A stretch of DNA of 64,000 nt, from the NCBI GenBank assembly GCA_043228905.1, contig JBHGNT010000006.1:7688001-7752000 (forward strand), in the 5' to 3' direction. The position numbers and the translations under genes were made by a program. Of this stretch, positions 21,487 to 33,707 are shown one piece after another. Below the pieces are notes generated by a model. That model made no database searches. It was not told the DNA's origin and saw only the letters and a program-made list of their open reading frames with translations. The DNA comes from Azolla caroliniana (lineage: Eukaryota > Plantae > Polypodiophyta). The stretch's first letter is position 1; each line of letters starts with the position of its first letter.

Positions 21487-24400
21487 AAATGTACAGTAGG
21501 GAAGAAGACCTGTACCATAGGTAGGAAATTTTGGTTCTCCAACAGTGGGGGGTTGTACGATTGTCGGCGTTGTTGGCCGGGAGAAGAAGAGGGCGGAGGA
21601 GCGACTTCGGGCATGCGGAGTCCTTGGCCCTGGAGAGGAAATCAACGAAGCCGTGGAGGCCAGAGGACGTGAAACGAGCGAAGGAAAAGCTGCGGGCGGC
21701 AAGGGAGCGGAACAAGACCCGGTTCAACCGGACGCACCGGTTGCGACCAAGGAAGATCGAGGAAGGCGACTGGGTCTTGGTGTACGACAGGGGCCTCGAC
21801 AATCAGCACAAAGCGGTGCAAAAGTTCTCTAGGAGGTGGTTCGGGCCCTACACGGTGACGAGCGCGAACAACAACGACACGTACCACCTCGCAGAACTCG
21901 ACGGGACACGGTTAGCGGTGCTGGTGGCCGGGAAGCGGGTCAAAGCGTTTAAGAAACGACACGAGTGCGGGCCGGATCTGGAAAGCATGGACGGCGACGA
22001 CGGGCGGTCCGAGGCGGATGACGATCCGAAAGAGGAGGAGTAAAGCATGGGCTGGTTTTCTCCAGCAAGAGCCCACTTTTGGCGCATATCGGTGGATGCG
22101 CGGTTAGGTGGGGGCGGATGTCGTGAAGAAAACCGTCCCTAGGCGGAAACCGAGTTTAGCGTGTGTAAACCGGCCCTTACACGCGAGCACACTTTTCGTT
22201 ATATAGTAAGTAGGTAGGTACGAGTCAACTGAGGTGAAATCCTAGGTAGCACGCATTCAATAGGGAGAGAATTAACGTGATGTAACGGATGATAACGGCC
22301 TCCCTCCATGAGCTATAAAAGAGAGGGAGAGGAATGAAAAAGGGATCGCGCGTTAGAGAGGACGAAGTGTTGCCGGATTGGGACCAAGCCCTTCTCCTCT
22401 GGCACTCTCCATAGCCATTTTGCGCAGGTTTTCGGGAGGTTGACTCTGCTCCGTGGAAGGCCCGTGTGCTTCCGGCAGAGTCTCCATCTCGCTCTTCTGC
22501 GTGTGAGTGAACAGGCGTCAGTGTTCGCCTTGCCGGCCTGTTAGTTGTAACCGTCTCAATATATATATATATATATTTATATACATACGTGTTCATATAC
22601 TCAGACTTCTAGTCGTCTCGTTTTGTTGTGTTGTTGGACCGTGATTCGTGTGTGCTCCCGTGTTTATGCGTGTGCAAGTGCGTTTGTCGCCTTTCCGTTC
22701 TCCTCCTTCTCATCTATTTCTCGGTCCAAGACCCCGGTGGTCCCGCCTCGTTCTCCACGCACGCGCGTAACAACGCGACAACGTTGCCTCTCTTTTTCGG
22801 GAGCTTCCATATGTCCCCGTCCCGTAGGAAGAATCAGTATGACTTCTTTCGGATCTGGTTAGCCTCTTCCTTCGTCCACATTGCGTCCGACGCCAACGTC
22901 CTCAAGAACCTGTCGATCTGGTGCCACTCCCTGTCGTACTTGCCCTCATTGAACTAGTTAAGTGCCAGAGTGCTCCCTGCCCTTGTTGTCACGTAAGCCG
23001 ACTCGAAGAAGTCCACGCCGACTTCTTTGTCCTCCGAAACCATGTTGTCCTCATCGTCATACCGTGCTCTAGAAAGCATGTCGGCCATAGTGTTGTCTTT
23101 CCCGGAAATGTGCCATATTTCCGGATTCAGGGACTTGATGAATGCGATCCACTTGAGCATCACCAGGTCCGGCGTCACGCATCCGGAAACCATACCAAGG
23201 ATCGGTAGGCAGTCCATCTCGATTATCACCTCCATCCTGATCAAGTAGTCTTTGTCGGCCTTGACCGCCGAAACGATACCCCAGAGTTCGCATTTAACTT
23301 AGGTGTATCCTCGCTGCCACTTACTCAACACTTTCGCTCCAAACCAGACGGGGAACCTCATGCCAGTTTCGTCCTCCTGGCTGAACACCCATCCTATCCC
23401 GGTCGGGCTCGTGTCTACTGTTATGTAAATTGGGATGTCCTTGCCGTAAACCGCTTTCCGGAGCGCCGGTGCTGCGGTTAGCGCCTCCTTTAGTCTATGA
23501 ACTGATTCCACATGCTCCTCGCCCCACTCAAATTTATGCCCCTTCTTCAGCAACCCATAGAGCGGCTCCGCGACCTGCACGTAATGCGAAATCCAGATAT
23601 GGTAGAACGCACATGCACCGAGGAACCTCTGCACCTCCGTAACTGACTGACATTCTTCCTTCATTGCGGAGATGGCTGCTACCTTTGCCGGAGATGGCTT
23701 CCAGCCGTAAGGCCCGCACAAGTGGCTGACCACTAGGATCTCCGACTACCTGAAAGCCGATTTCTCTCCGGAGAAGGTGAGCCGCACGTCCTCAAGTCTT
23801 CGAAGCACCTTCTCGCAATCGCCGATGTGGTCCACTACGAATCTTTGACATCCGTCCAACCCGACCGTTTCGTCCTTCTCTCCCATCGGACACCCTTTTA
23901 TCGAGATGTCGTCCATGAACGGCATGGTGATGTCTGAGATGCAGTCCCTCAACACCTTGTTCATCGCATTCACCATGTGTGCCACCGAGTTGGTCCCTTC
24001 ATGCGGTAGGGTACACATCCGCACCATGCCGAGAGGAGTCCACATTGTCGTGATATCCCTGCTCTCCACGGCTAGTTGGAACTTATCGTACCCTGAGTAC
24101 AGATCACTGACCGAATAGATTGACCTTCCAACGAAGGCCTCCGCGAACTCGTCAATGGTCGGTCCGAAACCTGTGTTCTGAATGGTCACCTTGTTGATCA
24201 GCTGCAGGTCTTGAATGAAGCGCAACATGTCATTCTTCTTCGGTACGATAAACCACCGGTTCGAATATGGAGCACTCGACGGCTCGAGGATGCCCATCTC
24301 CACCTTCTGCTTCAGCAGCTCCATCAACTTCGGGATGTGAGCTCTAGGTACCGGAATCGGCTTGAGATTCCACGACACATGCGGTATTGTGAAGATCACC

Positions 24401-24994
24401 ATTGGTTCCACGATCGTCGGGTCTACACACCCGATCTCCCTCAGCGCGAATGCGAAGGCCCTCTCGTGCCTTCCGAGCATTCTCTGAAACCGGTCCTCCT
24501 CCGCCGGTAGTAGAAAGCCACCCCCACCGACCTTGAGCTCCCGTAGCATTATGTCGGTGAACCGGTGTCCTATGCCGGCCGGATTCCGTAAACTTGGGTT
24601 CAACGTGACCCTCCCTTTTCCGCTCCCCGCTGCCCTCCGGCAAGGGAGCCGCGATTGGCCTCACCTTCCGGTCCACAATCTTGTATTTTGTATCTACGCA
24701 GGCCGTTCGATCCGACCTAACCCTTTCCCCGAAGTCGGCAATGACTTCGTATATCTCCACCGAGTTTACCAGAATCACTCGGTCTTCACTGAGGCCTTCA
24801 TCGATCACCTTTCCCATTTCCCCCAAGGTGTCGTCGAAAGAGACCGCCCCCACGGCGCTGCTGATTTCTTCGTCGGGGCGGAGGACTCTGCACTCTCTGA
24901 ACCGTTCCTCTGCCCTCTTCTTCTCCCGGCCGCTGACACCGGCTATCGTACATCCTCCGTTGTCGGAGACCCAAAACTTCCTACCTATAATACA

Positions 24995-25063
24995 CGTGTG
25001 GGGTTCCGCCGGAGTGTCTGGACTATCACGGCCCCACGCCTTGATAGCCCTCTCTAAAAATCC
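24995..25063 (-). promoter_or_regulatory. Same putative -1 frameshift signal in element C
   Basis: Minus strand GGATTTTTAGAGAGGGCTATCAAGGCGTGGGGCCGTGATAGTCC...CCCCAC; the -1 frame is open for 70 codons into the 24853-24344 ORF that leads to RT. Confidence 0.72.
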
Positions 25064-26222
25064 CCTCGGTTATCGCCGCTGAGGGTCTCGCGATTACAGT
25101 CATGGTTCGATCGCACTGTCAGAAATTGAACGGAGTGTCGCCCATCCTGGCTTTTAACGCATGCGTACGCTGAACCATTATCTAGCACCTTCGCCGAGTA
25201 TCACCAGGTGCGAGGATGTCTCCTGCACGAAGAAGTGTTGATCAATCTCGACATCGCCGATTTTCACGCATACATTCGGATAGGCCCCGTGCAGCTCCTC
25301 CGTGGCGCGTGTTGCCGCGCGTATCTTCCACCTGTGCTTGGTGTTGATCGGCAACTCCCCTTTTTTATAGAAGTTCATAAACATCAAGTTGATCTCCGAC
25401 CCGTGGTCGATCAGCGCCACTATCGGTTCTTGGACGTCCCCAACCCAAACAGGGGTTTCCATAGTAGCCCTTGCCCAGTGCAACTTCGAATAGTGGCTCC
25501 CCGCCAACTCGTCTTCCAGGGCCACGTCCTCCAGGTGCGTCATTCGCACCTCCACCGGCTTCTCCGGCTCCGGCTCCATCGAGAGCCGTTTACGCTTCAC
25601 CAAGTCCATGATGGAATCATGGAACTCCTTCTTGGCGATCCCGAGCACCTCCCTTAGTGACAACTTCACCTTGTTGTCGAGAATCCGCTCCTCGAGGACC
25701 TTCCACAGGTCCGTCATCCTCTCAATCTCCGTGCTCAACCGGTAACCGGCCCGCTTCGTTCTATGTGGTGTGTCGAGGTTACCGGCATCATTCTGCTTCG
25801 GCCCGAACCGGGTCTCATACCATTGGGAGGGTCCGGCCCCTCCGGCTTTTCCCGCACGCTTGTCTTCTACCAGAACCTCGTAGTTTTGGCACGCCGCTTC
25901 CACGAATCCGGTTTTCTCCTCGACTAGGTCATCCCATCCGGTAACCTCTCGAATCCACTTCTCCGCATGCTCCGCTTCTTCCTTCCTCAGTCGTACGCCG
26001 GCAAGGCCTTCTATCACCAACGGCCAGAATACGGAGTCTTCCATCTTTCAACCTTCCTCGCTTCCGACCCGTATTCTGGCCAACGCCGAATAATGGATGG
26101 CCTCCGCATGGCGCACCACTGCTTCTTCCATCAACCTCTTCATCCCGCCGCGCCCAAAATTCGTCTCTAGGTCTCCGGGTGTCACCGGTGTGCACCCGCT
26201 CGTTCCACAAGTATACCACATT

Positions 26223-26473
26223 GGGTGAGCGAATGGATGGACGGGAAAGAAAGCCTTCAGGACACTTTTCGATGCTACGGGCAGGCAGGTGGGCAAAAGC
26301 CCTCGAGATTCCCGAGTTTAAAGAAGAGGTTTGTTCTAGAGCTATGGGCGAGCAAATGGATGGATGGGAAAGAAAGCCTCCGGGCCACTTTTCGATGCTA
26401 CGGGCAGGCGGGCAGACAAGTTTGGTTCTTGAGAGTAGGCCAATGGTAAAAAGCCTCGGGATTCCCAAGTTTA
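26223..26473. repeat. About 250-bp foreign segment with two imperfect ~120-bp direct repeats replacing part of the C 5' LTR, PBS and gag N-terminus
   Basis: ATGGATGGAYGGGAAAGAAAGCCTYC...CACTTTTCGATGCTACGGGCAGGC and AAAAGCCTCGRGATTCCCRAGTTTAAA-like motifs each occur twice. Confidence 0.8.
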
Positions 26474-27372
26474 AATAATCTTTCAATCATCTCCCCTTCC
26501 GTTTTATAGGCCGTCGGGGAGGGACCGTTACATCCTGATCACATCACTTTATTCTCTGTCCCTTCGGACAGAGATATGCATCAATTTCCTACATAATAAA
26601 TCTTTCCTACCTAGTATATTTACATCAGCCGACCTATTCCCAATTATGTACTCCTTATCAATACTTGTGTCCGCGTGTAAGGGCCGGTTCATACACCTTC
26701 TTCACTGATTCCGCCTGAGGCCGGTTTTCTTCACGACAACATCAAACACGATCGTTCAACTCGAAGGGTAAACAGATGCCAATTGGACCGGCTATAAAGT
26801 CGGTGGACGATCAACATCGAGATTCGTCTTCTCCATCAGCAACAACGCCATCTCGTGGAGTAGCAAAAAGCAACTGACAGTCGCATTGTCGAGCATAGAA
26901 GCCAAATATAGGGGTGTGGCCTTTGCCGCATGTGAAGTCGTGTGTCATGATATAATATAGTATGGCTTTAAAAGGATTTAACCCCATGACCTTGTGTCAC
27001 ATGGGTTGAAGCCCTACCATTAAGCGATACATTATAATACAAAAAATATTGTTTTTATTTATTATTTCACTCTAGAAATTGTTGTATATTCTAGATTTCT
27101 CTAGGACATTCTAGAAACTTTAGGAGTACTCCTGACAGCACTATAAAAAGAGGCACAAGGCATTATTTCGAACCAATTCGGTTCAACATCAGTCTTAAGC
27201 CCCCTACTTGTTCTTGTATCTTTCTCCTTATAATATGTATCTTCTATTGCTCTCTCTCTCTCTCTCTCTCATGAGTTCCACACCATCTTTTCCTCTTAAG
27301 TACTCATAGTACTCATCCTCCTCTACCTCTAGTACTAATTCCCTCTCCATCTTTAGTACTATTCCTGACAGT

Positions 27373-27384
27373 TTGAACCGAATT
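27373..27384 (+). promoter_or_regulatory. Self-priming type primer-binding site of H
   Basis: TTGAACCGAATT just after the LTR lacks the TGG of a tRNA PBS and is the exact reverse complement of AATTCGGTTCAA at 27175-27186, about 30 nt downstream of TATAAAA (27142). Confidence 0.8.
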
Positions 27385-27448
27385 TCTCTATCTCCTTACT
27401 CCTCCCTTCCTTCATACTAATCCTCTTATCCCTCTTTTCTCCAATACT

Positions 27449-30400
27449 ATGGTAATTGTTAGCGCTCAAGAATATCAATCCGTTTTCTTGGAGTTGCAAT
27501 GCTTGAAAGAAAAGTTTCTCGCATTGGAACTAGAAAATCAACGGTTGTTGGGGGATCTTCAACAAATTATCTCTTTAGAAAAGCAGCAAACGCAACAACA
27601 AGATGGAGAGCTAGCATTATGCGTGCAACAACTTGAAGCAACCATTGTAGTGTTGCAACAACAAGGAGCAAGTACTCAAGGGATTCATAAAGAACCCAAT
27701 ATCAGCCTTCCTATGAAATTCGATAGAACGCGATCACAATTCAAAGGATTCCTTAATCAAGTACGATCAGTCATTCAAATGCATCCTTCCCGATATCCCA
27801 CTGATGCATCACGAGTGGGTCTAGTAGGCACGTTGCTAAGCGGCTCAGCTTTGGCATGGTTCTCTCCGTTGTTAGAAACGGAATCTCCATTACTAAATAA
27901 TTTTGAAGAGTTTATAAGCAAGTTTAAAGCATGTTTTGGAGATACTGATGGGATAAGGACGACAATCAACAAAATCCGACGATTATGTCAAGGTGATTGG
28001 CTAGCTTCCGCTTATGCTACAGATTTCTGTCTACTTGCCTCGATATCCCCTAGGATGATCAAGCATTGATGGAGCAATTTCAAGACGGCCTACAAAATGA
28101 TGTCAAGGACTTACTCTTGACTTTCCCTGAAGAACCAAAATGTCACAGAGGCAATCAGTCGAGCGGTATGATGTGATAACCAGCTTTTCGAACGATGTTC
28201 GGAACGCCAATTACAAATGCCAAGGACCAGGTCAGAGCCCATATACGCCTCTGTCACAACAAAACCATTTGCAAGGGAGTCATACAATGCATCTCCGGCA
28301 AATACTCCAACACCGATGGAAATCGACACCACACGTCGTCGTGTACCATTGTCGAAAGAAGAAAAGCAACGATGCCGAGCAAATCGATTATGTCTTTATT
28401 GCGGAGGACCAAGGCATAACAGTAAATTGTTCACATAGGCCAAGAAGACATGTAAATCAAATAGTAGCTTGCACTAAACTCGAGTCTATTTCATTAGGAG
28501 TTTCTGATAGTCCTAATCATAGTACGTAAAATTCGTGTTCGTCTAACATAACATTCATTTTCCTACGTTCAAAAACGAATACAAATGTTATTCAAACATT
28601 CTTGTGTTTTTGTTTTGTTTTATTCCCATTTTTTTAATGTTTTTTCTTTGTTTTTTTCATTTTTTAGGCTTATTTACCTCATAATAAATAGTTAATCCAA
28701 AAGCATGGTATTTATCATTCTTTGAGGGTGTTTTTCTTACGCGAATGTGAATGCACGTATGGTACGTATGGTTCATATTGTGGTCCTAATAGTACTACTA
28801 GCCCAAGTCTATCGAACAAATTTGAAGTACTTAGACAATTAGAAGAAGAGTTAAATGACTAAGTCTAGCCAAAATATGAGCCCTTGGTTAGACAACCCTA
28901 TATCTGTGCAGCCCATTAATGGTTCCATTCCCTCTAAACAAGTTAGCAATGTGTTCTTAGCTCAAGTAACAATTAGTACTAAAAGTACCCCTCTAGTACA
29001 TGTCTTAACACTCTTAGATTCTGGAGCCAATTCTTGCTTCATGGATAGGAATTTTGCCCAACATCAGATATCCCTAAGAAAACTTTCTTGCCCAACATCT
29101 GTAGTAGTCATTGATGGTCGTCCCATTGCTTCCGGAAATATCGTAGAGGAGACAAAGCCGATTCAGGTTGTCCTAGGTAAATTGGTGTGTGAAGTATCAT
29201 TTAATATAATTAGTAGTCCATAACATCCAATTGTCTTGGGGTTACCATGGTTCGAATTACATAACCCAGAGATGGATTGGAGAACAAGAGAAATCCGGTA
29301 TTGACAAACCCGAGGATCTACTCATCAAATTTCAACCATTTTGCTACATCAATTGTGTGAGGAATGACGCAAAGAATCAATGTTTGTCTTCGCAATATCA
29401 GTAAAACCTTCCAACACCACTAAAGAGGAATCCATAATTCAACTTCCAGAGAAGTATTGTCATTATGCCGACGTGTTTGATAAGGTACAAGCTAGTACTC
29501 TCCTCACCATCAACTGTATGATTGGCCCATTGATTTACAACCAGGAAAAGAGCCACCATGGGGACCGATCTACAACTTGTCACCAACCGAGCTAGAAGTC
29601 CTTCGAGCCTACATAGAGGAGAATTTAGCAAACGGTTTCATTCGACATTCGAAATCTCCAACCGGCACACCCATTTTCTTTGTCAAGAAAAATAACGGAT
29701 CACTTCGTCTCGTCGTGGATTATCATGGCTTGAATAAGGTCACCATCAGGAATAGGTATGCACTTCCCCTTATCTCGAGTCTTTTAGAACGTATTAATAG
29801 GGGATTAATGGTGCAAAATTCTTCACAAAGATCGACTTATGAGGAGCACATAACCTTGTACGGATCCAACCAGGAGATAAATGGAAGACCGCGTTTCGCA
29901 CCCGATATGGGCACTTCGAGTATATGGTTATGCCATTCGGTCTTACCAATGCACCAACAATCTTCTAGCACATGGCAAATGATATATTCTGAGATATCTT
30001 GGATATCTATTTGATCATCTATTTGGATGATCTACTAGTTTACTCAAAGACTCAAGAAGAGCATGATTCTCATGTACTATTAGTACTAAAACGACTTCGA
30101 GAACATGGTCTTTATGCAAAACTGGAAACTTGTAGTTTTGACTGCAACCAAATGGAATTTCTAGGCTATGTCATCTCTTCGGAAGGCATCTCTATGGATC
30201 TAGCTAAGGTCAAAATTGTGGTAGAGTGGCAGACTCCACGTTTATTGTGAGATGTGCAATGTTTTTTAGGCTTCGCAAATTTCTACCGCAAGTTTATACA
30301 GGATTACTCAAAAGCTTATTTTGCCTCTCACACCACTTACCAAGAAGGGGCAATCATTTGTTTGGTCTAAGGAAGCGGACACGAATTTTGTGAGTCTTAA

Positions 30401-32340
30401 GAAAGCATTTACATTAGCTTCTATTCTAGCTCATGTGGATCCAAAAAAATTGTTCATCATGGAGGCAAACACGTCGGATTTCGCCCTTGGTAGCATTCCA
30501 TCACAACAAGGCGATGATAAAAAGCTACATCTTGTGACTTTCCACTCGCGCAAGTTTGACACCGCCGAAATCAACTACGAAATACATGACAAGGAGCTAT
30601 TAGCAATAGTGGACTCTTTTACACAATGGAGGCATTTTTTAGAGGGATCTTCTCATCAAGTCTCTGTATTTAGTGATCACAAAAATCTTTCCTACTTCCA
30701 GAATGCTCGTGTATTAAATCGACATCAAGCTCGGTGGGCCCAATTCCTCACTCGTTTCGAATTCAAAATTACATATAGTCCTGGGAAGCAGCAAGGGAAG
30801 TCAGATGCATTATCACGGCGCGTATCTAGCACCTCGTCCCGGTGATCCAACATTCGATAATCAAAAGCAAATAATCCTAGGACCAACACGACTGCAAGCA
30901 ACGTGGGTTTTCGACACGCCATTGGATTCCCACATTATCGATACCATACGTGAAGACTTGAAGACAGGCGCTTTCACTCAAGCTATTCTAGCACAAATTG
31001 ATCCCTCTCAGGCATCTTGTTCACAATCGCAACAACCAAGTATAGACCACCGACAATTCGAATGTCATGATGGATTACTATTCTTTAAGAACCTTTTGTA
31101 TGTTCATAATGGTTCTTGTCACCTTCGAGTTGTCCAAAATTGTCATGACACATATACAACTGGGCATTTTGGTAGTACTAAAACGTTGGATTTAGTACAA
31201 CGATAATTCTAGTGGCCTCATATGCGACGATTTGTCGAAGACTATGTTTGGACATGTGATGCATGTTGCAGAGCAAAGATGCCAAGACATCATCCATATG
31301 GTTTATTGAAACCATTACCAATACCAAGCAAGTTGTGGCAATCCATTTCTCTAGATTTCATCACAGATCTTCCAGTTTCAAAGGGATTCGATGCAATATT
31401 AACAATAGTAGACCAATATACTAAGATGGCACATTTCCTGCCTTGTACTGAGGAAATCACTAGTGAAGAAACCGCCGAAATTGTCATGCATGAGGTATTT
31501 CGGCATCATGACCTCGTAGATAGTATCATCAGTGACCGTGGACCCCAATTCGTCTCAAAATTCTGGAACCATCTCTTCAAAATGCTCAAGGTCACTTGTA
31601 ACCTCTCCTCCAGTTATCACCCTCAAACAGATGGACAAGCAGAACGAACAAATCAAATGCTGGAACAATATCTTTAGTGTTTTCTAAGGTATCGACAAGA
31701 TGATTGGACAAATATTCTCCACTTTGCCGAATTTGTGTATAATAACTCTATCCACTCATTGACTATGGTTACACCATTTTATGCTTATACAGGCTATCAT
31801 GCTCGGTGATGTGTATTCAAAACTCCATAGTTACCCACAAATCCTCGTGTAGAGGATCATTTGGAGCGGTTATGCAAGATACAGGCAGACATATCTACTC
31901 ATTTACATCAAGCTTAATAAACACAGAAGGATTATGTGGATTGTCATCAGCTTCCGTCCAATTTTAATTGGAGATCGGGTATGGCTATTACGACGACACA
32001 TCAAGACTACTCACCCATGCGATAAATTGGACTATTGACGATTAGGTCCTTTTCGTATTATCGAGAAAATTAATGATGTCACTTTTCGTCTCGATGTACC
32101 TTCACAACTACGAATACATCCGGTTTTTCATAGGTCTCTTCTCGAATCTTATCAAGACAACAACACTATTCTGAATCGTATTACCTCCACCCCCAATCGA
32201 GCTTGAAGCAGGACCGGAGTACGAAGTTGTTGTCATCCTCGATTCCAAGATTGTTCGCAACAAGCTCTACTATTTGGTCGATTGGCTAGGCCATTAGTCC
32301 AAGTGAACGTACTTGGGAACTAGTCGAGAATGTAACATAG
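27449..32340 (+). pseudogene. Disrupted gag-pol of H with C-terminal chromodomain
   Basis: Many stops and frameshifts; about 32195-32340 reads EYEVVVILDSKIVRNKLYYLVDWLGH/SPSERTWELVENV (chromodomain pattern). Confidence 0.9.
28518..28782. mobile_element. 265-bp hAT-like MITE inserted in gag of H
   Basis: 8-bp TSD GTCCTAAT (28510-28517, 28783-28790); removal restores VSDSPN-STTSPSLSNKFEVL; imperfect termini CATAGTACG / CATATTGTG. Confidence 0.75.
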
Positions 32341-32871
32341 TATGTAATACCCTGACAAACCAAGTCCTCAATCTAAGACGACTTGTAATACTCGTTGTCT
32401 TAAGGGGGGATAGTGTCATGATATAGCATAGTATGACTTTACAAAGATTTGAACCCATGACCTTGTATCACATGGGTTGAAGCCTTACCATTAAGCTATA
32501 CATTGTAATACAAAAAATATTGTTTTATTATTTCACTATAGAAAATTGATGTATATTCCATATTTCTCTGGATCATTCTAGAAACTTTAGGAGTACTCCT
32601 CACAACACTATAAAGAGGCACAATGCATTATTTCGAACCAATTCAATTCAACGTCAGTCTTAAGCCTCCTAATTGTTCTTGTATCCTTCTCCTTATAATA
32701 TATATCTTCTATTGCTCCGTGGCGAGAAGTTATGAGCATTTTCATCCGCAGCCATCTTTGCCCCACGGTTCCTCAAACGGAAGGTAGATTTTGAAGCCCT
32801 AAATCGAGTGAAAGGTACATTCTCTCTCCTTCCCTCTCTGTCTCTCTTTTCCCGTAGGGTTTGTCCCTACA

Positions 32872-33707
32872 ATGGCAAATACTCGTAAAACCGCCGCAAA
32901 GTTCGGGGGTATGATTCTAATGCAATGGACAAAATGCTTATGAGTCACTTGATTTCTCTTCAAGAAACCATAAACAAGCAAGGTGAAGAGATTAGGACGT
33001 TAATGAAAGAGAATACTAAGCTCCAAAGTGTTGTCATTGAGAATGAAAGTCTTAAACAAGTGGTTGCAAAACTTCAAGAAGATATTTAAGAATGTAAAAG
33101 AGCTTCTTTTGAAACAAATGAGCGCCTTAACAAGATTGAGTTAAAGGAAGCATTAAAAGAAGAAAAATTGGACACAATGAGGCGAGATGTAAGTGAGATG
33201 AAAAATGTATGTACAACGAAGTCATGGGCCGACGTATGTGGTGGGGATGTGCTATCAAACTCATCTAATGTGCATGTGATGCATCAAGAGAAGAATATAG
33301 AAAGCATAGATGTCCAAGAATTGAAAGAACGTGAACGACGATCAAAGAACATTGTCGTCTGTGGGATTAAAGAAGAGAGTATGGAAACACCCGCATCCCT
33401 TGGAAAGGCCATTGGAGAATTTTTTAGCATGCATTATGGGATGTCAGATGTGAATGTATATGGGGCACACCGAGTTGGGAAACATGGTGTTACTCGCTCC
33501 GGAGAAAGGCCTATTGTATGCACAATGACAGATGATACAAAGCGGCGGATCATACTCGAAAATAGTTGGGTATACCTCAAAGGTACACAATGCTTTGTGA
33601 GTGAAGATCGTACTATCTCACAACAAAATGCTCTTCGTAAAGCATATGAAGAAAGATTGAAAAACAAGGGTAAGGATGTGCCTAAAGATGGAAATGTAGG
33701 CAAATAG
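32872..33707 (+). pseudogene. LINE ORF1 (coiled coil plus RRM-like domain), one frameshift and one stop
   Basis: ERERRSKNIVVCGIKE...HRVGK...RPIVC...FVSED pattern typical of LINE ORF1. Confidence 0.8.

Larger units (their letters stand above)
7669..22780 (+). mobile_element. Element D: same gypsy family, internally deleted (gag-protease plus integrase tail, no RT/RNaseH); hosts E and F
   Basis: LTRs 7669-8354 and 22119-22780; flanks ACGC/ACGT, and removing one copy restores the C frame (KKRGNV-PLQV). Gag 8400-8800 and 10798-11480 (CLWCDAVGHARKDC knuckle), protease (LVDHGSEINL) to 21430, jump to integrase C-terminus near 21655. Confidence 0.93.
5666..26738 (-). mobile_element. Element C: same gypsy family, minus strand, degenerate, interrupted by element D
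   Basis: 3' LTR 5666-6398; 5' LTR remnant 26474-26738 aligns to 6134-6398; ACAT flanks both ends (5662-5665, 26739-26742). Gag/protease (IDHGSEINL) about 25054-26222, RT-RH 22781-25063, integrase about 6470-7668. Confidence 0.93.

Noticed and set aside
28830-28862. Recoding signal at the H gag/pol overlap (TTAAATGACTAA)
   Set aside because: Single heavily mutated copy; cannot be told apart from a decay frameshift.
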